From: an uncultured Chloroflexia bacterium
GTDB taxonomy: Bacteria > Chloroflexota > Anaerolineae > B4-G1 > SLSP01
Length of the DNA stretch: 64,000 nt
Assembly (NCBI GenBank): GCA_963751345.1
Contig: CAVVUS010000018.1
Coordinates: 32,001-96,000, forward strand
Direction of reading: 5' to 3'
The translations under genes and the position numbers were made by a program. Positions 63,021 through 64,000 of this stretch are shown here, piece by piece (positions within the stretch are counted from its first letter, which is position 1; each line of letters opens with the position of its first letter). The notes below the pieces were generated by a model. It had not been told where the DNA came from. It ran no database searches and saw only the letters and a list, made by a program, of their open reading frames with translations.

Positions 63021-64000
63021 ATGGCTAACGTGAGGACGATGAAAAAGAATCAGCCCGCCAATCGGCTCATCGGCGATATGCCCAAGATCGGCATTCGCCC
63101 AACCATCGACGGTCGATGGAACGGTGTGCGGGAATCATTGGAAGACCAGACGATGGGTATGGCGAAGAACGTCGCGCGTTTTCTTAGCGAGAATCTGCGC
63201 CATCCCAACGGCATGCCGGTGGAATGTGTGATCGCCGACCAGTGCATTGGGGGTGCGGCGGAGGCCGCGATGGCTGCGGAGAAGTTCCGCAAGGAGAATG
63301 TGGGCCTCTCGCTGACCGTGACGCCGTGTTGGTGCTACGGTTCGGAGACGATGGACATGGATCCGCTGATCCCGAAAGCCATCTGGGGCTTCAATGGGAC
63401 CGAACGACCCGGCGCGGTTTACCTGGCAGCCGTGGGCGCGGCGCACACGCAGAAGGGCCTGCCCGCCTTCACGATCTACGGGCGTGATGTGCAGGACGCC
63501 GGCGACGAGTCGATCCCGGCGGATGTGCAGGAGAAGCTTCTGCGCTTCGCACGAGCAGGGTTAGCCGTTGCCCGGATGCGCGGGAAGTCGTATCTTTCGA
63601 TGGGCAGTGTATCTATGGGCATCGCCGGCTCGATCGTGCAGCCAACCTTCCTTGAGCAGTTCCTTGGGATGCGCGCCGAATCCATCGATATGACCGAGTT
63701 CGTTCGCCGCTTCGAGGAGGGCATCTACGACCCCGAGGAATTCGAGCAGGCCATGACCTGGGTCAAGGAGATGTGCCGGGAGGGTGAGGACCACAATCCG
63801 CCCGAGGCACAGCGGACGCGTGAGCAGAAGAATGACGATTGGGAGCTGTCGGTCAAGATGGCGTTGATCGCTCGCGACCTGATGGTTGGCAATCCACGCC
63901 TGGCCGAACTTGGGTTTGGCGAAGAGGCCATGGGACACAACGCGATTGCCAGCGGATTCCAGGGACAACGGCAGTGGACGGACCACTTCCCCAACGGTGA
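63021..64000 (+). CDS. fucI: L-fucose isomerase, N-terminal part (runs off window; absent from the ORF track)
   Basis: SD AGGAGG; [62 protein letters not shown]. Confidence 0.95.
   Translation, partial: MANVRTMKKNQPANRLIGDMPKIGIRPTIDGRWNGVRESLEDQTMGMAKNVARFLSENLRHPNGMPVECVIADQCIGGAAEAAMAAEKFRKENVGLSLTVTPCWCYGSETMDMDPLIPKAIWGFNGTERPGAVYLAAVGAAHTQKGLPAFTIYGRDVQDAGDESIPADVQEKLLRFARAGLAVARMRGKSYLSMGSVSMGIAGSIVQPTFLEQFLGMRAESIDMTEFVRRFEEGIYDPEEFEQAMTWVKEMCREGEDHNPPEAQRTREQKNDDWELSVKMALIARDLMVGNPRLAELGFGEEAMGHNAIASGFQGQRQWTDHFPNG

Overview
GC-rich bacterial chromosomal window, most consistent with Chloroflexota/Anaerolineae (inferred from gene content, REP-like palindromes and a Gram-positive-type LexA box). 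Many otherwise intact genes carry single-base frameshifts, which suggests an unpolished long-read assembly, so several ORF-track entries are fragments or artefactual fusions. Contents in order: an ECF sigma/ZAS anti-sigma/ABC cassette; a putative LexA-controlled DNA-repair operon (ERCC4/XPF-HhH2-NucS-like fusion, alpha/alpha-barrel protein, YcaQ glycosylase); a tandem-duplicated asymmetric UvrA; a B12 radical SAM enzyme; two two-component systems; DUF3160 and VIT-vWA envelope proteins; a SAM-I riboswitch-metB-aspartate kinase unit; a DUF333 repeat lipoprotein; an L,D-transpeptidase; a PIN toxin-antitoxin pair; and a carbohydrate/sulfate catabolic stretch (two sulfatases, FGGY kinase, esterase, GH3, fucI). 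No rRNA, tRNA, CRISPR array or transposase was seen. The best candidate for a novel system is the putative SOS-regulated crosslink-repair operon at 7377-10684, together with the nearby asymmetric double UvrA. All family calls come from motif recognition by eye, not from database searches.
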